This document shows, in pieces, positions 1-13,030 of a stretch of 64,000 nucleotides of DNA. The notes under the pieces were generated by a model. The model saw only the letters and a program-made list of their open reading frames with translations. It was not told the DNA's origin and did not search any database. The stretch comes from Octopus vulgaris (taxonomy: Eukaryota). The translations under genes and the position numbers were made by a program. Where the stretch lies: contig OX597842.1 in assembly GCA_951406725.2 (NCBI GenBank), positions 620,001 to 684,000 on the forward strand, given 5' to 3'. Numbering within the stretch: position 1 is the stretch's first letter; each line of letters starts with the position of its first letter.

Positions 1-694
1 GTATGGATGTTTCTATGTATGTGTGTGTGTTTGTGTATGCATGTTTGTCTATGTGTGTGTATATGGGTGTATTCGTATGTGTATGTGCTTGGGGGGGAGT
101 GTAGGAGGAAGAAAGAGAGAAGAGAATAGGAATAAGAGAAAGGGGGAGACAGGGAGAAGAGAGAAAGGATGAGAGTGGTGGTATGAGATAGAGAATACAC
201 AAGAGGGAGAAAGAGAGAAAAAGGAGGGAGACAAGAGAGAAAGAGCAAGGAGAAATGGAGAGAGTGTGAAAGAGGGAGGTAATAGAAAAATGGACAGGAT
301 CTAAGAGAGAAAGAGAGAGAGATAGGAAAGGAAGAGCAAAACAAAGGAGAGACAGAGTGAGGAGGGGAAGAGTTGGAAATAGAGGGAGTAGAGAGAGAAA
401 AGGTAGTGTTAGTGAGTAAGAGGGGTGAGAGAGACAGTGATAGAGTGAAACAGACAGAGGGAGTGAAAAAGAGAAGAAGGGGAGAGAGAGAGAGATAGTG
501 AAAGATAGAGAGAGATGTTTGAATATGAGAGTGGTAGTAAGGGTTGGAGGAAAGAAGTAGATGTGGTTAGTAGTTTGTTCCCTAACCACATGGTTCTGGG
601 TTCAGTCCCACTGCATGGCACCTTCAACAAGTGTCTTCTGCTATAGCCTTAGATTGCTTTGTGAGTGAATTTGGTAGCTGGAAACTGAAAGAAA

Positions 695-735
<41 letters not shown>

Positions 736-895
736 TGAAGGGCACAGCTGTGGTTATGTGGTAAGGAGCTTGCTTCCCAACCACATGGTTCCGGATTTAT
801 TCCCACTGGGTGACTCCTTGGACAATTGTTGTCTACTGTAGCTTCAGGCCAACCAAACCCTTGTGTGTGGATCTGGTAGACAGAAACTCAAAAAG

Positions 896-940
<45 letters not shown>

Positions 941-944
<4 letters not shown>

Positions 945-1238
945 CGTGACGCATATTTGCCATTTGAATATGGCTTACCCATAAGGGTGGATGCTACTGT
1001 AGTTTGTAGCCCCAGGAAGATATCTCCTCCAGCTGGTTATAGACACACTATCTGTGTCCTCTCAGTATTTGTGAAGGGGAGTCATCCTCCCCGTCTTCAA
1101 CACATGATACACACGTACCCGAGTTTCAAGGTGTTTACCTTTCATCAGCGTGTGACAATCATGGTTGTCGATGAGAAGTCAAATCCCTTCACAAATACAT
1201 ACTTTTTCCAGTGTCGATTGACACTGATATTGAAAAAG

Positions 1239-1239
<1 letters not shown>
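941..1239 (-). mobile_element. ~300-bp non-autonomous hammerhead-containing element (retrozyme / PLE pLTR-like) inserted in (TA)n
   Basis: Unique sequence flanked on both sides by TA tracts. Contains a canonical hammerhead, a 14-bp inverted repeat (1065-1078 / 1185-1198) and a terminal hairpin near 1200-1240. Confidence 0.75.
1110..1154 (-). ncRNA. Type I minimal hammerhead ribozyme, canonical core
   Basis: Minus strand reads CACACG-CTGATGA-AAGGT-AAAC-ACCTT-GAAA-CTCGGG-TA-CGTGTG: 6-bp stem I, 5-bp stem II, near-palindromic stem III, GUA cleavage triplet. Confidence 0.9.
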
Positions 1240-2501
<1,262 letters not shown>

Positions 2502-2595
2502 GGGTTTTCAAATCAAATCAGTTGTGGGTAGTTTGAACCTTTTTATAGTTTCGTAGTAGTGGGTGAGGAGGAAGTGAGACAGAGAGAAAATATGT

Positions 2596-2657
<62 letters not shown>

Positions 2658-2861
2658 ATTTATATCTGAGAGTGAAGAAGTGTTATTTCCGTTGGTCTGC
2701 TGGACCCCCTGTGGTTTTATAAGAACTTTGGCTGTCCATTTCAATGTCACTGAGTGTGTGTTGTGCATAGGTTGGCCTGGCAAATGTCATTTGGGGTCAC
2801 ACTTTCTATGATCATTCTGTGGAGGTGTGTGTGTGTGTGTGTCTGTGTGTGTCTGTGTGTG

Positions 2862-2909
<48 letters not shown>

Positions 2910-3416
2910 TGTGTGTGTCTGTGTGTTTGGAGAAGGGGAGAGAGACAAAAAGAGAAAAGGGAAAATAAAAATAATAATAATAAAAATAAAAAATTAAAAA
3001 ATAAAAAAAATAAAATAAAAACAAAAAATAAAAAATAAAATAAAAAAATATAAAGAATAAATAAAAATATAAAGAATAAAAAATAAAAAAATAAAAATAA
3101 AAATAAAAATAAAAATAAAAATAAGGGAGGAAGTGGAGAAGAAAAATATTTTTGTGTGTTGATATTTATACCAACACATATATATACACACACACAGACT
3201 TATACATAAAATATTTGAAAAAACCTTTTTATCGGTTCAAAATGAACAACCAAATTATACCATCTTGAAAGTTGTATGTCATAGGAAAGTTAAAATTAAA
3301 GTGACAATTAAAGGGTAAAGATGGAAGTGAATTATAAAGATAATAATATAATATGATGTATATAACAGGCAATACACACACACAGATTTTTCCTTCAATG
3401 TATGTTGAGTAAAGTT

Positions 3417-3790
3417 TCAGCCATTTAATTTGGGGGAGAACTTAGCTATGAAATGTTTTTCCATATTCCTCCTGAAGGGGGTGTCATTCTTCGGACACTT
3501 GTAGAAGGGAAATATCTTAAATTTTCCTTCTCCACATGTAGCTAGGTGTGTGCTTAGTGGTATTTTGCGTAGTTCTTCCTGCCGAATATGTTGTCGGTGG
3601 ATCCTGGCTCGCTGGCACAAAGAATTACCAGTTTCTCCTACGTAATTCTCCTTGCATGTGGGGCAGGTTATGCAGTATATGACGTTCTGCGTCTTGCAGT
3701 TCATATCTGCATTTACTTTGAATATGACACCATTTTTAAATCTTATCTCTCTGTTGCTCTCTATGTATTTGTAGGTGGGGTTGCTGCATT
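3417..3790 (-). CDS. PLE GIY-YIG endonuclease domain, out of frame with the RT by one base near 3790
   Basis: NVIYCITCPTCKENYVGETG...R...H...E...N motif. One added base at TGT GGG AAT would restore a C-x4-C-x2-C linker (CGDGRCGxC) and fuse it to the RT. Confidence 0.88.
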
Positions 3791-5731
3791 CCCACATCTA
3801 CCATCTCCGCACTCTTTTGCAAAGAATTCCGTTTTAGTTTCTGAAGAGAATTTCGCTCTTGTTAGGTGTTTTTTTAGGTTTTTGTCCTGTCGTCTACTGT
3901 TTTTTATGCTATATTTGTTTAATATGTTTTTCATTTTGGGGCTCTGTAAGGCTATTGGTAGGTTTGAATGTATGGTTTGGAAGATGTTGGTAACTCCAGG
4001 GTTGTGTGTGTTTATAAAAGGGATAGTGTTTTCTTTGTTTTTTGTTTTGGGTGTCCTGAGTTGTGTGATGTCTAGTTTTAATGCTCTTGTGATTCCATTT
4101 TCTATTAGTTTAAGGGGGTATTTTTGCTCTAGGAGGAAGCTTTTGAGTTCATCTAGTCTTATTAATCGTATTTGTGAATCAGTTACTATGCTACATATTC
4201 GTCGTGCCATACTATATGGGATGTTTCTTTTTGTGTGGGATGGGTGGCAGGAGTGGAAATTTAAGTATTGATGTGTGTCAGTTTTTTTGTAGTGGATGTC
4301 TGTTGTGACGATGGAGTTGTGTATTTTGATGTTGATGTCTAGGAAGGGAAGTTCGTTGTGGCTGGTATCTATTGTGAAATTGATAGATGGGTGCAGCGTA
4401 TTGAGGATGTTGTGGAATGTTTGTAGGTCCTCTTCTGATCTGTTCCAAAAGATGAAACAGTCATCGAGGTAGCGTTTCCACTTTTTCTTGATGTCTTCTC
4501 TGAAGTCGTGTTCGAAGACTTTCCCTATTTCGTCATATAGTTTTTTCTCCAGGAAGCCCATCACTAGGTTGGCATATGAAGGTGCGAATTTTGTACCCAT
4601 AGCCGTGCCTTTTATCTGTCGGTATGTCTTGTTGTTGAATGAGAATGTGTTTTCTTCTAGTATTAGTTGGGTGGCTTGGGTGATAAAGTTTGTCTTGAAG
4701 CGTTCATCTATAAGTTCTCTGTATTTTTCTATTGATTGTTTTATAGCTTCTAGACCTAGGGTGTGTGGTATGTTTGTGTATAGATTTGTGACATCAAAGC
4801 TTGCAAGTATGGTGTTTTTCGGGACTGTATTTGGAATGTGTGTGAGGAAGTCTATGTCATCCCTTATGTAGCTTGGAATCTGTGGGCATAGAGGTTTGAG
4901 GAGTATATCTATGAAGTGGCTTAGTTGTTGTGTTGGTGCCTGGGGTCCTGCCACTATTGGTCTCATCGTGAGGTCTGCAGGTCTTTGTACTCTTATGTAG
5001 TGGTTCCTCTGTTCCTTTATGGCTCTCTGTATTTCCGAGCTTTTATGAATTTTAGGTAATCCATAAAAGTTGCTTTCTTTGGTTTGTGAGTTGCATAGAT
5101 AATCTTCCTCCTTATCTGTAAAGGAGTCCTGATATTCATTGACTAAAGTTCTAATTTTTCTTATTGTTGTTTTCTCCGGTGGTGTTGGTTCCTCTTTGTA
5201 ATATGTCTGGTTGTTCAGTAACTCTAGTATCTTTTCTTTGTAGTAATCTGTGTCCATAATTACTATTGCTCCACCTTTGTCAGCTTCTTTTATAACGATT
5301 GATTTGTCATTTTTCAGTTTTTGTAGGGCTTGCTTTTCTTCTCTGCGGAGATTCTGTTTGCATTTGTGTGTGTGAAGAGGGAATTTGGATATTGTTTCTA
5401 TGTACGTGTCAAGGTGTTTGTCACTTCCCTTGTAAGGGGTGAAGTGGGATTTTTTTCTTATGATTGAGTTATCTTCTGTTTCTTTATTTTCAAAGAATTC
5501 CATAAGGCGGAGGTAGCGGCTGAAGTTATCTATGTCAGTTTTTAGTTCTATGAGGTTTGGAGTGGGTGTAGGTGTAAATTTGAGGCCTTTTAGTAGTAGG
5601 TTCATTTCATATTCGTCAAGTTCTCTTTTAGATAAGTTTATTATTTTGGGGTCTATGTGTTTTGGGAGTTCATCCGGAATTTTTGGTGTATTGGGTCTGG
5701 AGTATGGTTGAAGTATCCTCTCCCTAAAAAA
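3761..5731 (-). CDS. PLE reverse transcriptase ORF2 (frame open upstream of the annotated ATG at 5605 to the slippery site)
   Basis: IINLSKRELDEYEMNLLLKGLKFTPTP, ADKG, YGLPKIHK, RPIV, SFDVTNLYTNIP, GTAMGTKFAPSYANL, RYLDD, LPFLD and SCHP motifs typical of Penelope RTs. Confidence 0.95.
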   Translation of the reverse strand, partial: FFRERILQPYSRPNTPKIPDELPKHIDPKIINLSKRELDEYEMNLLLKGLKFTPTPTPNLIELKTDIDNFSRYLRLMEFFENKETEDNSIIRKKSHFTPYKGSDKHLDTYIETISKFPLHTHKCKQNLRREEKQALQKLKNDKSIVIKEADKGGAIVIMDTDYYKEKILELLNNQTYYKEEPTPPEKTTIRKIRTLVNEYQDSFTDKEEDYLCNSQTKESNFYGLPKIHKSSEIQRAIKEQRNHYIRVQRPADLTMRPIVAGPQAPTQQLSHFIDILLKPLCPQIPSYIRDDIDFLTHIPNTVPKNTILASFDVTNLYTNIPHTLGLEAIKQSIEKYRELIDERFKTNFITQATQLILEENTFSFNNKTYRQIKGTAMGTKFAPSYANLVMGFLEKKLYDEIGKVFEHDFREDIKKKWKRYLDDCFIFWNRSEEDLQTFHNILNTLHPSINFTIDTSHNELPFLDINIKIHNSIVTTDIHYKKTDTHQYLNFHSCHPSHTKRNIPYSMARRICSIVTDSQIRLIRLDELKSFLLEQKYPLKLIENGITRALKLDITQLRTPKTKNKENTIPFINTHNPGVTNIFQTIHSNLPIALQSPKMKNILNKYSIKNSRRQDKNLKKHLTRAKFSSETKTEFFAKECGDGRCGNAATPPTNT

Positions 5732-7260
5732 TGGGTTGTGTTGTTACGTCTCCAAATTCCATTTTCAGTTCTTAGGTTTTCTTGTAGTTGGGGTGGTCTG
5801 TGTGGTCTGTATGTGTTGTTTTGTCTTTGGTAGTTGTTTTCTTCCCATCTTCTGTGTTGGTTGAGCCAATATTTATTACTGGGGTTCAAGTTTCTTTGTG
5901 GGTAGGTGGATGGTTCATGTATTGTGTTTGTATTGTATTGATAGTGGGAGTTGTTTTTTATCCATCTTGGAAATTTGTGGGGTTGCATGGGGTTGGTGTT
6001 TGTGTGGTTTCGATTTCCTTGATGTTTGTTGTGGGTTATGTGTTGGTTTCTATCCATTTGTATATTGTTCCATGTGTGTGTCCCTTTAGGGTGTCCAGTG
6101 TTATGTGTTGGTGGTTGTTCATATTCTATTTGTTCTCTCCAAGTGTTATAGGTTGTTGGTTGTATGTATTGTGCTCGTCTTGCTGTTGGTGTGTTTGTTT
6201 TTGTGGGGTTTTGGGTTGATGGTTGTCTTTCATATTTTGTGTATCTGTTAATTGGGGGGTTCGGCAGTGTAAGGAGCGGGATTTTGGTTTGTGTTTGGTA
6301 GGGCTTATTTTGATGTCTGGGAGTCCAGTATGTTTGTGGTGTTAGTTTGTTGTATCTATTCATTTGTTTTGGTAGTTTTTTTGTCTTCATAATTGATTCT
6401 TCACCATAGTTCTTTTCATAGTTTAAAAACCACTCATGTTGTTTGGTCCACATAAATCTGGATCTTTCCTCCTCTCGTTCGGTATCCTCTTTCCATAATT
6501 GTTGTAGTTTTTCTTTGTTTTGGTTATTGTTCCTTTCTGTTATCTCGGCCATTATGACGGTATCGATTGTTTTAATCTTATCTTCCTGGTGCGTGCTTCG
6601 TATTTGTAGAAGGGAAATTTCCGTTTCTAGTCGGCAGAGGGCTAGGTTTGCACGTATTGTTGTTTCTTCTAGTGTTTCACCCCTTATTTCTTTGATAAGA
6701 AATTTTCTAGGGAGTATTGGGTTCTTCAAGTCCCGCCAGTTTTGATATATGTTGGCTATGTTCTTACAGCGTATGTTTTTCCAATAAGCATATTTGCGTT
6801 GGTTTAGAAGTTTGTTCCAGTCTTGGGGTTTTGAAGGTTTTTCTTGGTTTGTGTCAGTTTTTGTTTCTTCGTCATTTGTTGTCCTTTGTGATTGGGGTAG
6901 TCCCGCCAGAAGGTTTGTGTTATCAGTTGTGTTTGTTTGATTATTTTTACAGAGAATATTTTGTGTTTGGATTGTATTTATTGTTAAAGCAATGTTTGCA
7001 AAGAGCGTATCAATTTTTGAGAGAAGTGAATTTAACTTACTACAGGTTTCTGTGAGTAGATCTTCCATGCTTCTGGTATTTCCCTGTTGAAGATGTGCTT
7101 CTGTCTTGTTTATTTCAGCATTGCATATTTTGCAGATTTGTGTTAGGTCTTCTGCGTGTTTGGTATAAGCCTGTTTGGGGTCTGGTTCTGTTCCATTCCT
7201 TTCAATATTTTCTGTATTTTTGGTATCTTCTGTTTGTGGATCTGATATTAGTCCATCCAT
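5653..7260 (-). CDS. PLE ORF1: coiled-coil-like N-half and N/Q/T/P/H-rich low-complexity C-half, function unknown
   Basis: Uninterrupted ~540-codon frame inside the element, same strand as the RT. First in-frame ATG at 7260; the track starts at TTG 7281. Confidence 0.8.
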   Translation of the reverse strand: MDGLISDPQTEDTKNTENIERNGTEPDPKQAYTKHAEDLTQICKICNAEINKTEAHLQQGNTRSMEDLLTETCSKLNSLLSKIDTLFANIALTINTIQTQNILCKNNQTNTTDNTNLLAGLPQSQRTTNDEETKTDTNQEKPSKPQDWNKLLNQRKYAYWKNIRCKNIANIYQNWRDLKNPILPRKFLIKEIRGETLEETTIRANLALCRLETEISLLQIRSTHQEDKIKTIDTVIMAEITERNNNQNKEKLQQLWKEDTEREEERSRFMWTKQHEWFLNYEKNYGEESIMKTKKLPKQMNRYNKLTPQTYWTPRHQNKPYQTQTKIPLLTLPNPPINRYTKYERQPSTQNPTKTNTPTARRAQYIQPTTYNTWREQIEYEQPPTHNTGHPKGTHTWNNIQMDRNQHITHNKHQGNRNHTNTNPMQPHKFPRWIKNNSHYQYNTNTIHEPSTYPQRNLNPSNKYWLNQHRRWEENNYQRQNNTYRPHRPPQLQENLRTENGIWRRNNTTHFLGRGYFNHTPDPIHQKFRMNSQNT

Positions 7261-7326
7261 TCTGATGTCATGTACATCCAAATATATGTATCGGAAGGTT
7301 TGGAGATGATGTACAGGTATTATATA

Positions 7327-7950
<624 letters not shown>

Positions 7951-7964
7951 ATATATATGTATGG

Positions 7965-8400
7965 AAAAAATACAAATGGTACAAGAACGCAAAACATCCA
8001 GATAGACGATACAAAAAACATGGACGGGTCATTCGAAGCCTTTAATCTTCAGTCAAGAACCGGATCATCCTCGCAATTTCGGCTGATTAATCTTGAGATT
8101 GCTTCAATTTGGCCAGCCTCAAAGGAAAAACTAAGCTAAGAGCATTAGATTCCTTGGAAAAAGCCATCAAATGTATACGAAACAAGGACGGAAAAATGAA
8201 CAATGTTACACGAATATAAATACAAAAATAATACAAAAAAACAACAATAATAATAATAACAGGACATAACAACAGGCATCTTTTGATTGGAGATGAATTG
8301 AATTCAGCTGGCATGTTGGGAATTAAGCCTTACGGCAGGGGAAAAGTATCGATGTGACAGTGGCTGTGGTCAAACGCAAAAGGGGCTAGCAGTCGGCTTC
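7965..8400. repeat. Unclassified interspersed repeat (family C), second copy at ~36320-36640
   Basis: Shared blocks such as aacatccagatagacgatacaaa and aatttcggctgattaatcttgagattgct; adjoins TA tracts. Confidence 0.7.
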
Positions 8401-9167
8401 ATCATTGCGTCAACTATTGATTATATATATTTTTTCCATTTTGGTCAACCTCCATTTGCATCCCTCAGTACACTGCCATTTTAAAAGTAGTCACCCATCA
8501 GCTTTAAATGCTTATTTGATGAAGTGGTATCCATACACGTTTATATTTAGTCAAAATTTAGAAAAATTTCTTTACCTGTCTGCATCATCTTAAGTGTATG
8601 ACAAACAGTTACATGAAACTCTGAGTAACAGTTTGTGAAAATTTTCTAGCTTTACCAAAACAGTATGTAGGGATGTATGTATATGTGTATACATACATAT
8701 ACTTCTCAAAGTAGATGAAACACATGGAAGGGGGAGACCCAGGAAGAGATGGGATGAAATACTGAAGAATGACCGTGTGTGTGTGTGTGCCTTTCAAGCA
8801 AGATTACAAATGACCAAAGTGCCTGGTACCTGGTTGTACTCAAAGGGACCCATACTCCACAAGAGAAGTCTTAAGACTGGTTCCCCTGGTGGTGAAAAGC
8901 ACTTGTGGGGCTGCCACATAAAAGCACCCAGCACAGTCTGTAAAGTGGGTGGCGTTAGGAAGGGCATCCACCTGTAGAAACCATTCCAAGTCAGACTGGA
9001 GTGTGGTGCAACTCCATAGCTTGCAAGCTCTGGACAAACCCATCCCAGCATGGATAATGGACATTAAATGATAATGATGATAATATATATATCACTGAAA
9101 AGTTTGCAAGACGCAGCGAAAATTTTAGAAACCAGTGAGTGTGTTAAATAATAAAGGCACTAAAAGA

Positions 9168-9373
9168 CAATCTTTTCTACTCAAGGCACTGGGCCCAAAA
9201 CTTTTGGAGAGGGGGACAGTCGATTAGATCGACCCCAGTACACGACTGGTACTTAATTTATCGATCCCGAAAGGATGAAAGGCAAAGTTGATCTTGGAGG
9301 AATTTGAACTCAGAAGATAAAGACAGATGAAATTCTGCAAAGCATTTTGCCTGGCTTGCTAACATTTCTGCCA
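9168..9373 (-). mobile_element. SINE family 2 (tRNA-like head, central cctttcatcctttcgggatcgataaa-type domain)
   Basis: Homologous to 14948-15170. Other copies at ~9985-10137(+), 18635-18850(-), 37285-37445(-), 44800-45502(-, split by a SINE). Confidence 0.75.
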
Positions 9374-10234
9374 GACACAATAATATATATATATAATCCT
9401 CATCATCATAATGTAACATTTATTTGGCATGCTGGCATGGAACCATATTATTACTGAGTGAGAGAGTACTCTATGCCATCGAAGTGACACTGGGGAGCAA
9501 ATATATGAAGCCCAATATACCCGTCTGATAAGGGTACACCAGGCACATGCATCATAACCATATGTGTGCGACATGGTGATCTCATATGAAGATAAACAGC
9601 ACATGACCTTACAGGCGGGGCCCAGTTAGAATTTTCTTAAGGTCAAGTAACTCAAACCGCTCAAAAGGTCCCTGAATAAGGGTTGTTTAAGGATGATGAA
9701 CGAAATACTCATGTTTCCAAAGGTGAGTTATTTAAACCCCAAAGAATCCCTCTCAACACATGGCTATGATGCTCCCCCACTACTTCTGCTCGTGATCAGA
9801 GATGCACATATTGTCAGCTACTAAGGGACATGCTCAACTGGTTAAAGTCAAACAACTGACAAGCAAATCTGTGGTATTGAGCAGAATATTTGCTGTAGCC
9901 CATCTTTTATACCAAGACAAAACAATGTACATGATAACACTTCCAATCAGTTAAGATCAGAAGCCAGGTGGTATGTCGTCTGGATTTACGTTCTGAGTTC
10001 AAATTCTGCCAAGGTCGACTTTGCTTTCATCCTTACAGGGTCAATAAATTAAGTACCAGTTGTGTACTGGAGTCGACCTAATTGACTGGTTCCCCCCTCA
10101 CCCAAAATTTCGGGCCTTGTGCCTAGAGTAGAAAAGATCAGAATCCACGAGAGCCAGTGTCTGGTATTGCATCAGGGCATTTATTATAATTATAATTATT
10201 ATTATTATTATTATTTGGGACACAAAACTCTACT

Positions 10235-10542
10235 TGCGAACACCTGTTGAGGCAAGTGAAATCGAAATCAAAATCGATCAAAATCAATGGAAATTGTAGT
10301 TGTGATACCAGTGCCGGTGACACGTAAGAGAACCATCTGAACATGGCCATTGACAGCCTTGTGTAGCACGTAAAAAGCACACACTATACTCACGGAGTGG
10401 TTGGCGTTAGGAAGGGCATCCAGCCGTAGAAACACTGCCAGATCAGACTGGGCCTGCTGCAGCCTCCTGGTTTCCCAGACTCCAGTTGAACAGTCCAACA
10501 CATGCTAGCATGGAAAGCGGATGCTAAACGATGATGATGATG

Positions 10543-10545
<3 letters not shown>
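10235..10545 (+). mobile_element. 3' UTR fragment of RTE LINE with (GAT)n tail
   Basis: Matches the 3' UTR of the RTE at 51087-52058 (gagtggttggcgttaggaagggcatccagc...aaacgatgatgatg). Confidence 0.75.
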
Positions 10546-10577
<32 letters not shown>

Positions 10578-10743
10578 TGAGATTCTATGTAGATATTTGA
10601 TGTAGATTGACTTTGCTTTTCATTCTTTTGTTTTAGTAAGTACCAGTTGACTACTGGGGTCGATCTCATTGACTTACTCCATCTCCCGACCTTGCTGGAC
10701 TTGTGCCAAAACTTAGAACCACTATTACTATAATCATTACTAC

Positions 10744-10774
<31 letters not shown>

Positions 10775-11126
10775 AATATTTATGTATATAGCAAAACTAA
10801 AACAAACCAGCTAATAATTGAATGATTTATTTCATGTGTCCGACCTGAACACATTTTGTATGTTTAGACGAATAAACATTACATATTATTTTTGTTTCAA
10901 TGTTGACAGAGAAGACAAGGTTTGGGGTAGTGGTGGGCATGGAAATTTAATGGAAGAGAAAATTGGAATATTATTCAATTAAATATACATTTATTTGAGC
11001 ACACACCTATATATTGACGCACGCATGAGTTTGCGTAATATGAATATATATATGTACACACACACACACACATATAAGCATATATTTATATGATACATAC
11101 ATATACATGCACATACATATATAAAC

Positions 11127-11181
<55 letters not shown>

Positions 11182-11192
11182 GAACATGTGAG

Positions 11193-11226
<34 letters not shown>

Positions 11227-11460
11227 ACATATATATATACATGAACATGTGTGTATATATATATATATATATACACACATATATACATATACACACACAT
11301 ATAATTTGTGTATGTATAATCACACATACACATAAATACAAATATATACACATAAGTATACACACAGACAGACAGACACATATATATACATACACACACA
11401 CACACATATATAGAAATTGATACATACGTGTATGTGAGTGTGTGTGTGCGTATACATATA

Positions 11461-11506
<46 letters not shown>

Positions 11507-12197
11507 ATACAATATATATGATATATATGTATCATATATGTATGTATATATATATATATATATATATACACGTATTTATACACATACATATGCTCACACA
11601 TACACACACATATATATTCACATGCTACACATATACGTATGTCAGATGCGTGTATTTGTTTAAACAAACACATATACATACACTACAGATAATTGGGTAT
11701 ATATTTTGCAAATATACATATTTTTTATTATTGCTTATTTATTTATTTATTTTTTGCCAAAATGAAATTTGTTAAATTGATAAACTAGTATTTATTGTTT
11801 TCCACACACACACACACGCCTATATACTGACAGGCTTTCATACATTGAAAATTATATAAAGAATAATTACAAGTACTGTTAAACATTGAGAAATATAAAA
11901 TATTCCATTATAAAGTACTATATACAATTTCTATAAATATAAACCAGTCAACAGCCGATATTTCAGTACTATAAATGCCATATTCATAGCTAGTAAAAGA
12001 TCATAGAGATCAGAAACGATGAGATTATAAAGAAAGAGGCTATTAGTTGTTATTCTGTCAACAAGCACTGGTCTTTGTTTTACTGTAGCCTTTCATGACA
12101 TGAAAATTTCTAAACAGGCAGTTGTTCAATAATTGGTCCCAAACTCTTCTAGTTTTCTATGAAGAACATGTCTGGCCATGGGGAAATATTGTTTGTT

Positions 12198-12495
12198 ACT
12201 TCTCAAGCCATACCTGGCTCATAAGGACTGGTTTCCCGGTTTCTTTGGCATATAGGTTCCCCACCTGGACGGGATGCTGGTCCGTCACAGGTGAGCTGCA
12301 AGATGCAGGAGGAAAGAGTGAGAGAAAGTTGTGGCAAAAGAGTCATCAGAAGTTTCGCCATTACCTTCTGCCAAAGCCGCATGGAGCTTAGGTGTTTCAC
12401 TCATAAACACACACATCGCCTGGTCTGAGATTTGAACCCATGATCCCTTGACCGCGAGTCCGCTGCTCTAACCACTAGGCCATGTGCTTCCACAT
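12198..12495 (-). mobile_element. SINE family 3 (tRNA-derived)
   Basis: Minus strand tgtggaagcacatggcctagtggttagagcagcggactcgcggtc...ggttcaaatc with A/B boxes; related to 19829-20130. Confidence 0.75.
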
Positions 12496-13030
12496 GTGAA
12501 AATATTACCTTTCTTAAAATATGTGAGGTTTGGTGACATATATATGTATATATACACGACAGTCTTCTTTCAGTTCCGTTTAACAAATCCACTCAAGGCT
12601 TTGGTCAGCCTGAAGCTATAATAAAAGACACTTGCATAAGGTGCCATGCAGTGGGACTGAACCTGGAACCACGTAGTTTGGAAGCAAGCTTCTTACCACG
12701 CAGCCACTTCTTTAGAATATATATATATTTTAAAGCAATATCAGTACAAAGCAGTGTTTAGGCATCAACAAACTTCAGGTCAGTTAAAATATATTTCTGA
12801 CATATTTCAACTGCTAAAGGCAAATTCATTGAAGTTATACATATACAACAGGCTTCTTTCAGTTTCCGTCTACCAAATCCACTTCCAAGGCTTTCGTCAG
12901 CCTGAGGCTATAATAGATGACACTTGCACAAGGTGCCATGCAGTGAGACTGAACCAGGAACTATGTGGTTGGGAAGTGAGCTTCTTACCACAGAGCCATA
13001 CCTTCACCTACATATAAGTATATATGTATA

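Noticed and set aside
3785-3800. Second programmed frameshift at the RT-EN linker
   Set aside because: T_GGG_AAT does not fit X_XXY_YYZ; a simple indel is more likely.
3588-7055. Plus-strand ORFs antisense to the PLE (e.g. 3588-4271, 4488-4871, 5788-6219)
   Set aside because: Shadow frames of the A-rich minus-strand coding sequence; no motifs.
8020-8130. Hammerhead in family C (CTGAAGA...GAAT and GGCTG...CAGCC-GAAA on the minus strand)
   Set aside because: Core elements do not assemble into one consistent fold in either copy (8020-8130, 36420-36525); left unclassified.
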